From: Candidatus Muiribacteriota bacterium
Lineage (GTDB): Bacteria > Muiribacteriota > Muiribacteriia > Muiribacteriales > Muiribacteriaceae
Direction: 5' to 3'
DNA: 28,605 bases
Assembly (NCBI GenBank): GCA_051747805.1
Contig: JBNJGP010000032.1
Coordinates: 1-28,605 of the forward strand
Part shown: in pieces, positions 7,192-15,853 of the stretch
Numbering within the stretch: the stretch's first letter is position 1
Layout of the letters: every line of letters begins with the position of its first letter
Notes under the pieces: model-generated
What the model saw: only the letters and a program-made list of their open reading frames with translations
Databases searched by the model: none
What the model was told of the DNA's origin: nothing
Translations under genes and position numbers: made by a program

Positions 7192-8883
7192 TTAATTAGT
7201 CCAGACTACACCAAACATAACATTTCTTTCTTCTTCAGGGTAGTCATTATTTAAGACATAATTTTTATCAAAAATGTTTCGTATATTAAGAAAAAAATCA
7301 TCTTTTAAGTAAAAATAATTCCAGGTAGTAACCCCGGGCAGAGTATTTTTCTTATCGTAATTACGCTTACCTGTATGCAAAAGTGAAATCTGACTAAAAG
7401 AATCCAACTGCCACTTTAAAGATGCGCTTCTTTTCTCTCTGTAGGTTAAATTATTTCCCTCGCCATCTGAAGTATTTTCAAACCTTGCTCCTAATTTAAA
7501 GCTGTTATTTATATTATAATCAAATTTGAACCCTTCAATAGTTGCTTTACTTATGTTTTTAGGAGCCCATTTAAAATTAACAGGATTCTGCTGCCAGTCA
7601 ATTAAATCATTATATTTTATGCGATATAAACTAACCCCGAAGTCATCTGCATTATAGGAGTAGTTAATTGAAGTTGAAGTTTCTTTATCCAAGTCCGTAT
7701 TCCCTTTTACAAAACCTGTATCGGGCCAGTATAAATCATTATAAGTCGGCAGACAAACCCCTTTAGAAAAATTTATAAGATTTTTATTAAAAGCATATCC
7801 AATATTATAGGATATATTAGAATCGAATTCATCATGGTCTCCGAAAGATAAACTGACAAAAATATTCTCTAAAGGTTCAGACTCAAATCTGAGGGAATTC
7901 ACTGTGCTTTCTTCTTTATAAGAAAAAACAGAGTCCCAGCTACCGTCAAAATTTGTATCTGAATATTGTGTAGTATCTCCGTCGATATTTTCATTGGCAT
8001 AGGAAAGCTTAAAATAACTGTTTTCATATTCAATTTCAAAAGTTAAATTTTCTGTTTCGGTTGGATTTTCAACTTTCAGAGAATTATTATAAAAAATATT
8101 CTGAAGTTTATTTAAAGTAGTTTTAAAACGGAAATTAGAATCAATATTATAATTATAAGAAAGCAGCCAAAGCTCATCATCCTGATAATTTCCAGGCTGT
8201 AAAAATGAAAGGGGGCCTAGGGTATATTTGAATTTATCAGTATAATAAGCCATTATCGAGCTTTTCTTATCCTTATATTTAATAAAATGCGAATTCTGAC
8301 GCCCGGAAGAAAAATCCATATTATTATCAAACTCCTTATAAGACGTAAAAATCAGCGTATTATCAGAGGGCATAAAATTATAATAAATTTTTTTATAGTT
8401 ATTAGTACCAAATTTTACACCGTATTCATTTTCAGAAAATGATTTCCCCCTTAACTCAATTAAACCGCCACCGCCAGAACTACCATAAATAGAAGAAACT
8501 GGAGTTTTGACAGCAGAAATACTGGAAATAAGCTCAGCCTCCATTAATGACATATCAAAATCACCTGTTGTAAAAGAATTCAGCTTTACCCCCTCAAAAG
8601 TTTTCAGAGTCTGTCTGCTCCTTACACCACTGCTTGAGGCAGTTAAAAGGCTGCCATAACCTGAAAAATCTCTGAAATCAAAAACCGTATTATATCTTAA
8701 AACCTCACTAATCTCGGGCATATAATCAAGATTTTGTCCATAAATTCTTTCAACTGGAAAAAAACTTTCTTTTTCATTTATTGAATCAGCTCTTATTTCA
8801 ATATCCTCAAGTTTAAACATATTTTCTGCGTTTATAGCATTAATAATAAAAAGAAATAAAAATAAAATTAAAAATTTTTTCAT
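7192..8883 (-). CDS. TonB-dependent outer-membrane receptor, probably for corrinoids (BtuB-like)
   Basis: Signal peptide, LEDIEIRA TonB-box-like segment, plug motif SSIYGSSGGGGLIEL, PTYNDLYWP...GN.DL..E, RNIFDKNY near the C-terminus; cobalamin riboswitch upstream. Confidence 0.85.
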   Translation of the reverse strand: MKKFLILFLFLFIINAINAENMFKLEDIEIRADSINEKESFFPVERIYGQNLDYMPEISEVLRYNTVFDFRDFSGYGSLLTASSSGVRSRQTLKTFEGVKLNSFTTGDFDMSLMEAELISSISAVKTPVSSIYGSSGGGGLIELRGKSFSENEYGVKFGTNNYKKIYYNFMPSDNTLIFTSYKEFDNNMDFSSGRQNSHFIKYKDKKSSIMAYYTDKFKYTLGPLSFLQPGNYQDDELWLLSYNYNIDSNFRFKTTLNKLQNIFYNNSLKVENPTETENLTFEIEYENSYFKLSYANENIDGDTTQYSDTNFDGSWDSVFSYKEESTVNSLRFESEPLENIFVSLSFGDHDEFDSNISYNIGYAFNKNLINFSKGVCLPTYNDLYWPDTGFVKGNTDLDKETSTSINYSYNADDFGVSLYRIKYNDLIDWQQNPVNFKWAPKNISKATIEGFKFDYNINNSFKLGARFENTSDGEGNNLTYREKRSASLKWQLDSFSQISLLHTGKRNYDKKNTLPGVTTWNYFYLKDDFFLNIRNIFDKNYVLNNDYPEEERNVMFGVVWTN

Positions 8884-8941
8884 AAAGTCTCCTTTGTAAT
8901 AAATAATTTTTTCATATTGAATTGTTAAAGAATCTAAAAAA

Positions 8942-8971
8942 TTACGGAATCAAAGACTTGAATAAATACAT
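8942..8971 (-). other. Putative 9-aa leader ORF MYLFKSLIP* inside the riboswitch leader
   Basis: AAAAGGAGG-TTTCTA-ATG TAT TTA TTC AAG TCT TTG ATT CCG TAA on the minus strand. Confidence 0.5.
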
Positions 8972-9019
8972 TAGAAACCTCCTTTTCACCCGAAGTAATA
9001 TTAAAGCAGTTAAAATGCT

Positions 9020-9176
9020 CCAGGGGCGGTCTCCTGACTTACAGGCGGCAAAAATCTTTCCTACTCACCCAGCCTTCTTGGGGGGTTACCCAATGGCTAA
9101 AAAGGGCTTTTGATACCTGAATACAGTAGCGGGGACTGTGCTGGAATCTCACCAGACTTCCCGTTTCCCTGTTCAC
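9020..9176 (-). ncRNA. Cobalamin riboswitch
   Basis: Minus strand reads AAACGGGAAGTCTGGTGAGATTCCAGCACAGTCCCCGCTACTGTA...GCCATTGGG...GAAGGC...AAGTCAGGAGACCGCC (B12 box); lies upstream of a TonB receptor. Confidence 0.95.
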
Positions 9177-9181
9177 AAGCG

Positions 9182-9210
9182 ATATTAAAAAAAAAGATAT
9201 TAAATGTCAA
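9182..9210 (-). promoter_or_regulatory. sigma70 promoter for the riboswitch/TonB receptor transcript
   Basis: TTGACA, 17 nt, TAATAT; the predicted start near 9175 coincides with the riboswitch 5' end. Confidence 0.75.
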
Positions 9211-9270
9211 CACAAAATAAATAGAACCAGCAATTTGTAATTTTATTATTTTTAAGGTAAATTTAGTCAT

Positions 9271-9591
9271 ATGAAGAAAAAGATGAAAAACAATTTAAAA
9301 TTAGGTATTGGAAAAATAAGAAGATTTTATTTATCAACATTTAGAAAAAAGCAGGTTAAGAAAATGCTTCAAAAACGTAAAGGCCAATGTAACCAATGTG
9401 GTGCCTGTTGTCAGTTGCTGGTTAAATGTCCGTTTTTATATCGCAAAGATAATCTTTTCTGCTGCAAAATTTATGGCAAAGTAAGACCAATTAACTGTAT
9501 TGTATTTCCATTAAATAAAAAAGATATTAAAGAAAGAGATTATATTAACACAGATATTGCATGCGGATATTATTTCGATGAAAAAAGTTGA
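9271..9591 (+). CDS. CxxCxxCC (YkgJ-like) cysteine-cluster protein
   Basis: CNQCGACC...CPFL...CKIY..RP..C..FP pattern. Confidence 0.75.
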   Translation: MKKKMKNNLKLGIGKIRRFYLSTFRKKQVKKMLQKRKGQCNQCGACCQLLVKCPFLYRKDNLFCCKIYGKVRPINCIVFPLNKKDIKERDYINTDIACGYYFDEKS

Positions 9592-10906
9592 TATACTTAA
9601 CGGTAAAGTCACAGATGTAATATTTAAACTTGCTCTCCCAATGGTTTTTGGTGTTTTAAGCATAGTTTTATTCCACGTTGTCGATACGTTCTTTGTAGGC
9701 AGACTTGGCACATTACAACTTGCCGCTATTTCATATGTGTTTCCTGTAATGATGGTTGTTGGAAGCCTTTCCATGGGACTTGGTGTCGGTGCAGGTGCAG
9801 TAATATCCAAAGCCTATGGAAAAAATGATATAAAAGAGTCAAGATTAATTTCAACCTCAGTTTTTTTACTAGCCCTTATACTTGCAGTAATTATTTCAAT
9901 TGGAGGTCTTTTCACAATAAACCCTCTTTTCAAAATGCTGGGAGCAGGTGGCGAGGTATTAAAATATATTCATGATTATATGTTCATATGGTATATAGGC
10001 TTGATTTTCAAAGTAGTTCCAATGATAACCAATAACCTTATTCGTGCAATCGGAGATACTAAATCGCCAGCCCTCATTATGACCGTTGCAGGCCTTTTGA
10101 ATATGGTATTAGACCCTGTTTTTATATTTGGTTTCTGGGTTATTCCGGCAATGGGAATTAAGGGTGCTGCCCTGGCAACCGTTCTATCAAGGGTAATAAC
10201 ATTATTTGTGGCTCTTTATATATTAATTATTAGAGAAAAATTAATTATTTTCCAGTATATCCCATTAATTAAAATCTGGAATTCCTGGAAGCAGATTCTT
10301 TATATTGGAATTCCTGAAACTTTTACCCGAGTAGTTATGCCTTTTGCAACAGGTGTCATAACAAGAATGCTTTCTGTATATGGTCCTCAGGCAGTTGCGG
10401 GTTTCGGAGTTGCCTCGAGACTTGAGTTTTTTGCTTTAATACCCATCTATTCAGTTGTTTCGGTTACTCCACCTTTTATTGGACAGAATCTTGGTGCCTG
10501 TAATTTTAACCGTATTAAAGAATATATAAAAGTTTCAAGAATTTTTTCTATTGTCTGCTCAATTATTTCCTTTTTTATCTTTTATCTCACAGGTGAAAAA
10601 CTTGTAGGGCTTTTTAACCCTGACCCAGAAGTAATAAGAATTGGATATAATTATTTACTAATAGTTTCGGCAGGATATGGATTTTATGGTATAGTTATGG
10701 TAACTTCTTCTGCCCTGAATGTATTTAACAAACCTTTTATCGCCTCTTTTTTAAATATTTTACAGATGATTTTACTTTATATACCTCTTGCCTATATTAT
10801 TTCATACTTTTTAGGCATTAATGGAATATTTGCCTCCAGATTCCTTGCATTTTTAATCACCTCTTTAATAAGTATAAAAGTAATCAAAAAAACTATCCCT
10901 CAGTAA
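9578..10906 (+). CDS. MATE family efflux transporter
   Basis: KLALPM, VVDTFFVGRLG..LAA, RAIGDTKSP, NMVLDPVFIFG, MGIKGAALAT, about 12 TM helices; start MKKVDIL at 9578 preferred over 9557. Confidence 0.93.
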   Translation: MKKVDILNGKVTDVIFKLALPMVFGVLSIVLFHVVDTFFVGRLGTLQLAAISYVFPVMMVVGSLSMGLGVGAGAVISKAYGKNDIKESRLISTSVFLLALILAVIISIGGLFTINPLFKMLGAGGEVLKYIHDYMFIWYIGLIFKVVPMITNNLIRAIGDTKSPALIMTVAGLLNMVLDPVFIFGFWVIPAMGIKGAALATVLSRVITLFVALYILIIREKLIIFQYIPLIKIWNSWKQILYIGIPETFTRVVMPFATGVITRMLSVYGPQAVAGFGVASRLEFFALIPIYSVVSVTPPFIGQNLGACNFNRIKEYIKVSRIFSIVCSIISFFIFYLTGEKLVGLFNPDPEVIRIGYNYLLIVSAGYGFYGIVMVTSSALNVFNKPFIASFLNILQMILLYIPLAYIISYFLGINGIFASRFLAFLITSLISIKVIKKTIPQ

Positions 10907-10912
10907 AATCGC

Positions 10913-11092
10913 GGGGTCAGGTCTCCGGAATTCGCAAATGAATTTATAAAATGTCATAAACAAGCGTTTTTTAGACTTTTATTATAAATTTTTTTTTAAA
11001 AAAAAATAACACTCGCTTTAAGTAAATTGGTTTTTTAATGATAATACCATCACATTAGGTTTTTGGAATATGAAATCCGGAGACCTGACCCC
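10913..11092. mobile_element. 180-bp MITE-like element with 21-bp terminal inverted repeats
   Basis: GGGGTCAGGTCTCCGGAATTC (10913-10933) versus GAAATCCGGAGACCTGACCCC (11072-11092), 20/21 complementary; AT-rich interior. Confidence 0.75.
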
Positions 11093-12023
11093 CATTATCT
11101 TTTAAAACTTCAATTGTATTCAAGGCGCATATTTCAGACATTTTTGCCCTTGTTTCATATGAGGCCGAGCCAATATGTGGGAGTATAACAACATTATCAA
11201 GTTCTCTTAGTTTTTCTGGTACTTCTGGTTCATTTTCGTACACATCAAATCCGGCGCCCGCAATTTTTTTATTTTCTAAAAATTCAATAAGTGTTTGCTC
11301 ATCAACCACTGGTCCTCTTGCTATATTTACAATTATTGCGTTATTTTTCATTTTCTCAATAAAACTTCTATCAATCATGTGCCTGGTTTCCGAAGTTAAT
11401 GGACAGCATAATATTATAAAATCAGATTTCTGGGCTAATTCATCAAGTTCTGCATACTCTGCCCCAGTATTTTTTTCTGCTTCAAAATTTGGCTTTCTTG
11501 ATTTGTATAATATATTCATACAAAATCCTCTTCCCCTTAGGGCTACAGCCTGCCCAATTCTTCCTAACCCAACTATTCCTAGTGTTTTTTTATATAAATC
11601 ATAACCACAGAAAAGTTCTGGCTCCCAGCCTTTAAACTTCCCTTTTTTTGTAAATTCATGGGACTGAGGAATTTTTCTAGCAACTGCCATCATTAAGGCA
11701 AATCCAAGTTCAGCGGTAGTTTCAGTAAGAACATCTGGGGTATTCCCAACAACAATACCCTTGCTTCTGGCATATTCAAAATCAATATTATTAATCCCAA
11801 CAGCATAATTGGCAATTATTTTTAATTTTGGTAATTTATCAATAATTTCTCTGTTTATTTTATCTGATAGAAGAGTAATAATTCCGTCACAATCTGAGGC
11901 GTTTTTAATTATCTCTTCTGCGGTCGGCTGTCTGTCTTCTGGATTAATTATAACCTCTATATTATTTTCTTTTAATAAACGGATTCCCCTGTCTGGGATT
12001 TTTCTGGTAACATAAACTTTCAT
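11055..12023 (-). CDS. D-isomer-specific 2-hydroxyacid dehydrogenase (glyoxylate reductase / D-glycerate dehydrogenase type)
   Basis: NTPDVLTETTAE, GLGRIG Rossmann motif, NIARG, DVYENEP, PHIGSA. Confidence 0.93.
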   Translation of the reverse strand: MKVYVTRKIPDRGIRLLKENNIEVIINPEDRQPTAEEIIKNASDCDGIITLLSDKINREIIDKLPKLKIIANYAVGINNIDFEYARSKGIVVGNTPDVLTETTAELGFALMMAVARKIPQSHEFTKKGKFKGWEPELFCGYDLYKKTLGIVGLGRIGQAVALRGRGFCMNILYKSRKPNFEAEKNTGAEYAELDELAQKSDFIILCCPLTSETRHMIDRSFIEKMKNNAIIVNIARGPVVDEQTLIEFLENKKIAGAGFDVYENEPEVPEKLRELDNVVILPHIGSASYETRAKMSEICALNTIEVLKDNGGQVSGFHIPKT

Positions 12024-12042
12024 ATTATTCCTCCAAAAAAAA

Positions 12043-13542
12043 TTATCTTATCATAAATAAACCAGTTACAAATAAAATAACAACATATAAAAATTCTCTG
12101 TTTAAATTATTATAAAACAGATGGTTTCCAAAATCCTTCAGAATATAAAATTTATTATATAAAAAGTGGGCAAGTTTATAGGAATAAAAAAGCAAAATAA
12201 ACTCCAGAACCATTATTGAATCAAGTCTTATTCTGGGAACTTTTTTTAAAACAATATAAGTAACAGCAACTCCTAAAAAAAAGCTTAAAACATAAAAATC
12301 CTTGGTTTTTTTCCATTTAAAATATTTATATCTGAATTTAAAAAATCCCGCCGTAATAAGTACCGCCGCAACTATCCAGATGAATTTTATTCCCGGAAAA
12401 TGCTTCCCAAAATTTCCTTTTATAAAATGTGTAAACGTTGGAAAAATTCCTGCCGCAAAAAAAACACATAAAACATAATAAATTCTGGTTGTCCGTCCAC
12501 TTTTAATTAACTGACTTACACCCTGTCTGTCATATTCAATATCATCAAGAATAAGAAAAAAAACTCCCTTATAAAAAGCATGAACTACCATATAAGAAAG
12601 CGCAATTTCATACTGTCCATAACTTAAAATAAGTGCAATTGTTCCCATAGCAAATACCGAGCTCCAGGCAACAGCTTTTTTAAGCACAGGCTCAAAAAAA
12701 ATAAACAAAGCAGATGAAATAATTGTTAAAACCGCCAGAATTCTTATAAAAATCAATATTGAATCATACGCAAGAGTATTTGAAGGAACAACCACAAAAT
12801 AAAAAAGCCCATAAATACCAACCGATACTGGAAAAGCAGAAAGACAAACAGAAAAAAGACTTTTAGCAGCACCGTGGCATGCAGGAACCCAGAAACTTAT
12901 AGGGAAAATACCACTTTTAATAATAAAGGCAAGTGCAAATAAAAGCCCAACAACCGGAAAATTATAAAAAAATTCGCTGTTGAAATCAAAAGTCTGATGC
13001 GCCATATAAAAGTAAATTACACCACCTAGAAAAAAAAGAGAGCTGATTGTGCCAAAAAACATATATTTTAACGAAGCATAAAACTTACCATTTGAAGCTA
13101 TTATTGCATAAGCACAAATTATCATCAGTTCATAGGAAACATAAAAGTTGAACATATCTCCTGTTACTAATAAACCACTGCAACCCGCAAGAAAAAACAG
13201 AAAAATATTTCTAAGATAAAATGTACTGAAACTTTCCCGGATTTTATAGCTGATTATTACAAACACCAGCGTAATTAAATAACTTGCAATAAAGAATATT
13301 TTAAATCTATCCATTGAAAACAGAATTGAATAGTTGAATTCTGTTATTGAAAACTTTAATATCCCCGAGAAATCAAAAAAATGCCAGATAATCATACTGC
13401 CGGCAAAAATCTGCAGCAGACAGCTAAATAATACTGTTTTATGGCTGTAATCTTTTGTGAAAATATATCTGAAAAATAAATTAATTAGCACAAAAAAAAC
13501 GGGAATTACGGGAAAAATCAAAATAATATTATTAATCCTCAT
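12043..13542 (-). CDS. Mrp/Mbh antiporter-like subunit (MrpD/MbhH type)
   Basis: TGDMFNFYVSYELM, LKYMFFG, IKSGIFP..FWVPACH, HAFYKG; highly hydrophobic; start 13542 (ATG) or 13557. Confidence 0.88.
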   Translation of the reverse strand: MRINNIILIFPVIPVFFVLINLFFRYIFTKDYSHKTVLFSCLLQIFAGSMIIWHFFDFSGILKFSITEFNYSILFSMDRFKIFFIASYLITLVFVIISYKIRESFSTFYLRNIFLFFLAGCSGLLVTGDMFNFYVSYELMIICAYAIIASNGKFYASLKYMFFGTISSLFFLGGVIYFYMAHQTFDFNSEFFYNFPVVGLLFALAFIIKSGIFPISFWVPACHGAAKSLFSVCLSAFPVSVGIYGLFYFVVVPSNTLAYDSILIFIRILAVLTIISSALFIFFEPVLKKAVAWSSVFAMGTIALILSYGQYEIALSYMVVHAFYKGVFFLILDDIEYDRQGVSQLIKSGRTTRIYYVLCVFFAAGIFPTFTHFIKGNFGKHFPGIKFIWIVAAVLITAGFFKFRYKYFKWKKTKDFYVLSFFLGVAVTYIVLKKVPRIRLDSIMVLEFILLFYSYKLAHFLYNKFYILKDFGNHLFYNNLNREFLYVVILFVTGLFMIR

Positions 13543-13858
13543 ATAACTCCCCAACATTGACTGTTCCCCGTTTTTGATAAATTTTTATTATAATTGAAAG
13601 GGCAAGACTGTTAAAGCATACTCCAACTACAATAGCGGTTAGCATAAGAGCCTGTGGCACCGGGTCAACATAAATTAAAAGCCCTTCTTTTAAAATAGGA
13701 GCAACAGCTTCTTCAACATAACCTGCTTTTATAAATAAAAATATAATCATTCCTTCAATAATATTTAAACACATTATTTTCCTGACAAGATTTTCAGAGG
13801 TAACCAGGCCATATACAGCTATAAAAAAAACAGCCATTATAATCAAGGACGCCTCCAC
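13532..13858 (-). CDS. MrpC/MbhG-type subunit
   Basis: NLVRKIMCLNII and VDPVPQALMLTAIVVG. Confidence 0.93.
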   Translation of the reverse strand: MEASLIIMAVFFIAVYGLVTSENLVRKIMCLNIIEGMIIFLFIKAGYVEEAVAPILKEGLLIYVDPVPQALMLTAIVVGVCFNSLALSIIIKIYQKRGTVNVGELYED

Positions 13859-14100
13859 ATATTATTCATAGCCATAGCTGTTGCTATAACAACCAAAGCC
13901 TCAAAAAAAGTATCCAGAATTCTTGGACCAAGATAAACTGACGTAACCATATTATTAATATTAAGCTCAGTAGCAAGCTCTATAAAATATTGTCTATCAC
14001 AGGTTTCAAAAAAAACAAGGTCCTGCTTGACTTCTGTAATAAGAAAAAATGCTGTTATTAAAAGTAGGACAATTGTTGTATTAAATATTTTTCTTTTCAT
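13843..14100 (-). CDS. MbhE-like small subunit (MrpA C-terminal-like piece)
   Basis: NMVTSVYLGPRILDTFFE, matching the N.VTAV..DYR..DTLGE family motif; start MKRKIFN at 14100 avoids overlap with the upstream gene. Confidence 0.8.
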   Translation of the reverse strand: MKRKIFNTTIVLLLITAFFLITEVKQDLVFFETCDRQYFIELATELNINNMVTSVYLGPRILDTFFEALVVIATAMAMNNMWRRP

Positions 14101-14114
14101 AAAAATTCCCGTTT

Positions 14115-14528
14115 TTAAATATTCCTTTTTATCAAATACCTGAATATTAAAACAATCGAGCCACATACTTCAAGATATATAGCTAAATTTAAAAGCCATA
14201 TAAAAAAATTAGAAAAAATTGTACTGTTCGTTTGCAAACCATAAAAAATTCCAAAATAATATCCAGAAAAAAGAATTCCGACCAGAAGAAAAGTAGTCAT
14301 TAAAAAAAAACCTGAAAATTCAACAAAACTGTAAAAATTGTTTGAGTAAATTTCTTTTTCAAAAACAAGCTGATATATGATTATAATAGTACCGGCAACA
14401 ACTCCGGCCTGAAATCCTCCGCCGGGAAAGTTGGCACCATATGAAAACATATAAAATGAAAAAAGAATTATAAAAGGAAAAAGTTTTCTTAAAGTTGTTT
14501 TTAATATGGATGAATTCGATAATTCCAA
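14115..14528 (-). CDS. MrpB/MbhF-type subunit
   Basis: GANFPGGGFQAGVV signature. Confidence 0.92.
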   Translation of the reverse strand: MELSNSSILKTTLRKLFPFIILFSFYMFSYGANFPGGGFQAGVVAGTIIIIYQLVFEKEIYSNNFYSFVEFSGFFLMTTFLLVGILFSGYYFGIFYGLQTNSTIFSNFFIWLLNLAIYLEVCGSIVLIFRYLIKRNI

Positions 14529-14529
14529 T

Positions 14530-14859
14530 TTATATTACTCCCTCGAAAATTTCACATTTAAAAGCTGAAACCCAGCCAGTATTTTCAACATTGAAATCAA
14601 TCTTTTCTTCTCTGCATATACGTATAAACTCATTTACTGTTTCTTTTTCTGGGACATATGATATTATTGTTTTATTGTAGGTATTTTCATCCTTTACAAG
14701 TTTAGCAAGGTCAAGAAAAAGAGGAAGTGATTCAACCGCAACTGTCTCAGGTTCTTCTCCATCAAGAACGGTTGAATTAAAAAGTTCAAGCTCAAAAAGT
14801 ATTCCTACAACTTTTTCAAGAAGATTTTCATTCTGCAATACAACTATCATAATATACAT
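14530..14859 (-). CDS. PII-like (GlnB-fold) protein
   Basis: 109 aa with beta-alpha-beta start (IMIVVLQNENLLEKVV..L), STVLD, long T-loop-like region with LPLF, NKTIIS, and a NTGWV B-loop-like motif; recognised by pattern only. Confidence 0.6.
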   Translation of the reverse strand: MYIMIVVLQNENLLEKVVGILFELELFNSTVLDGEEPETVAVESLPLFLDLAKLVKDENTYNKTIISYVPEKETVNEFIRICREEKIDFNVENTGWVSAFKCEIFEGVI

Positions 14860-14861
14860 AA

Positions 14862-15314
14862 TTACTTCCCTGCGTAGAAATTTTCTACATATTCTATTAT
14901 TTTATGCGGCTTTTCACAATTAAAAATACATTGTGATTCAACATGAGAAAAAAGTCTTGAAATCTGGGCAAGAAGACTTAAATAAACACGCTGTTTTTTC
15001 GGTGGAACAAGTATGCAGAAAATTGCCCTTATAGGCTCTTTATCTCCTAACTTCAGAGGTTTTTTCAGTATTGAAACACCAATATTTATATCATCCAGTC
15101 CTTCCATCCTGCCATGAGTTATCCCAAACCCATTCCCAAGATTCATAGTAATAATTTCAAATTTATTAAAAAGAAAATCCCTGGCAGTTTCTCTTATTTC
15201 TTCACTTTTATCATAAAGAGTTTTGTCAATTAGCTCCCCAAGTATTTCCTCTTTTTTACCGCTTAAAACACAGATAATTTTTTCAGGTTTCAAATATTTA
15301 ATTAGTCTTGCCAT
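14862..15314 (-). CDS. PTS EIIA (fructose/mannitol/Ntr-type) domain protein
   Basis: KEEILGELI, T.NLGNGFGITHGR (phospho-His motif, compare GIAIPH), Y.SLLAQISRL. Confidence 0.85.
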   Translation of the reverse strand: MARLIKYLKPEKIICVLSGKKEEILGELIDKTLYDKSEEIRETARDFLFNKFEIITMNLGNGFGITHGRMEGLDDINIGVSILKKPLKLGDKEPIRAIFCILVPPKKQRVYLSLLAQISRLFSHVESQCIFNCEKPHKIIEYVENFYAGK

Positions 15315-15317
15315 AAA

Positions 15318-15557
15318 TTATTTCCCTCCCCCGGTTTTTTTTATCGCAATCATATAAACTAAAACAGATAATCCACTTCCTAAGGCAGCCTCGGTAATCG
15401 CCACATCAGGTGCATGCATTAGAAAATAAGATAGAGAAAGAAGCAGACTGAATATTCCAAGAAATATAAGACTCATAATAAGTCTTTTTGAAAAAACCAC
15501 AAATATTACCATTATTAACATCAATATTAAAATTATTGTATCAATATTACCAGTCAT
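15318..15557 (-). CDS. MbhD / DUF4040-type subunit
   Basis: APDVAITEAALGSGL signature. Confidence 0.92.
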   Translation of the reverse strand: MTGNIDTIILILMLIMVIFVVFSKRLIMSLIFLGIFSLLLSLSYFLMHAPDVAITEAALGSGLSVLVYMIAIKKTGGGK

Positions 15558-15853
15558 TTTCTCTTTCCTATAAAACCAACTTTATTTTTAACAGCAGCAA
15601 CTGCTATTATATGTGATATTATTGGCGAAGTCATAAAAAGAAACACCAGGACAACCATAAGTTTAACGGCATATTCCAACGCAAAAGCATAAAACATTAA
15701 TCCAATTAAAACAGTTCCAGAGCCTGTTGTTCCTACTTTAGTAGAAGCATGTAATCTAAAAAATAAATCCGGAAAAATAATTGTTCCAATCACTCCGAAG
15801 AAGCAAATTAATAAACCAAAACTAATAATTATTAAACCGAAAGTTTCCATCAT
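15554..15853 (-). CDS. MrpG/MbhC-type subunit
   Basis: FPDLFFRLHASTKVGTTG and TSPIISHIIA; start at 15853 by ATGA overlap with the upstream stop (the ORF-track extension to 15970 lies inside the upstream gene). Confidence 0.92.
   Translation of the reverse strand: MMETFGLIIISFGLLICFFGVIGTIIFPDLFFRLHASTKVGTTGSGTVLIGLMFYAFALEYAVKLMVVLVFLFMTSPIISHIIAVAAVKNKVGFIGKRK

Noticed and set aside
8922..9113. 63-aa plus-strand ORF
   Set aside because: It is antisense to the cobalamin riboswitch, has a TTG start and no SD
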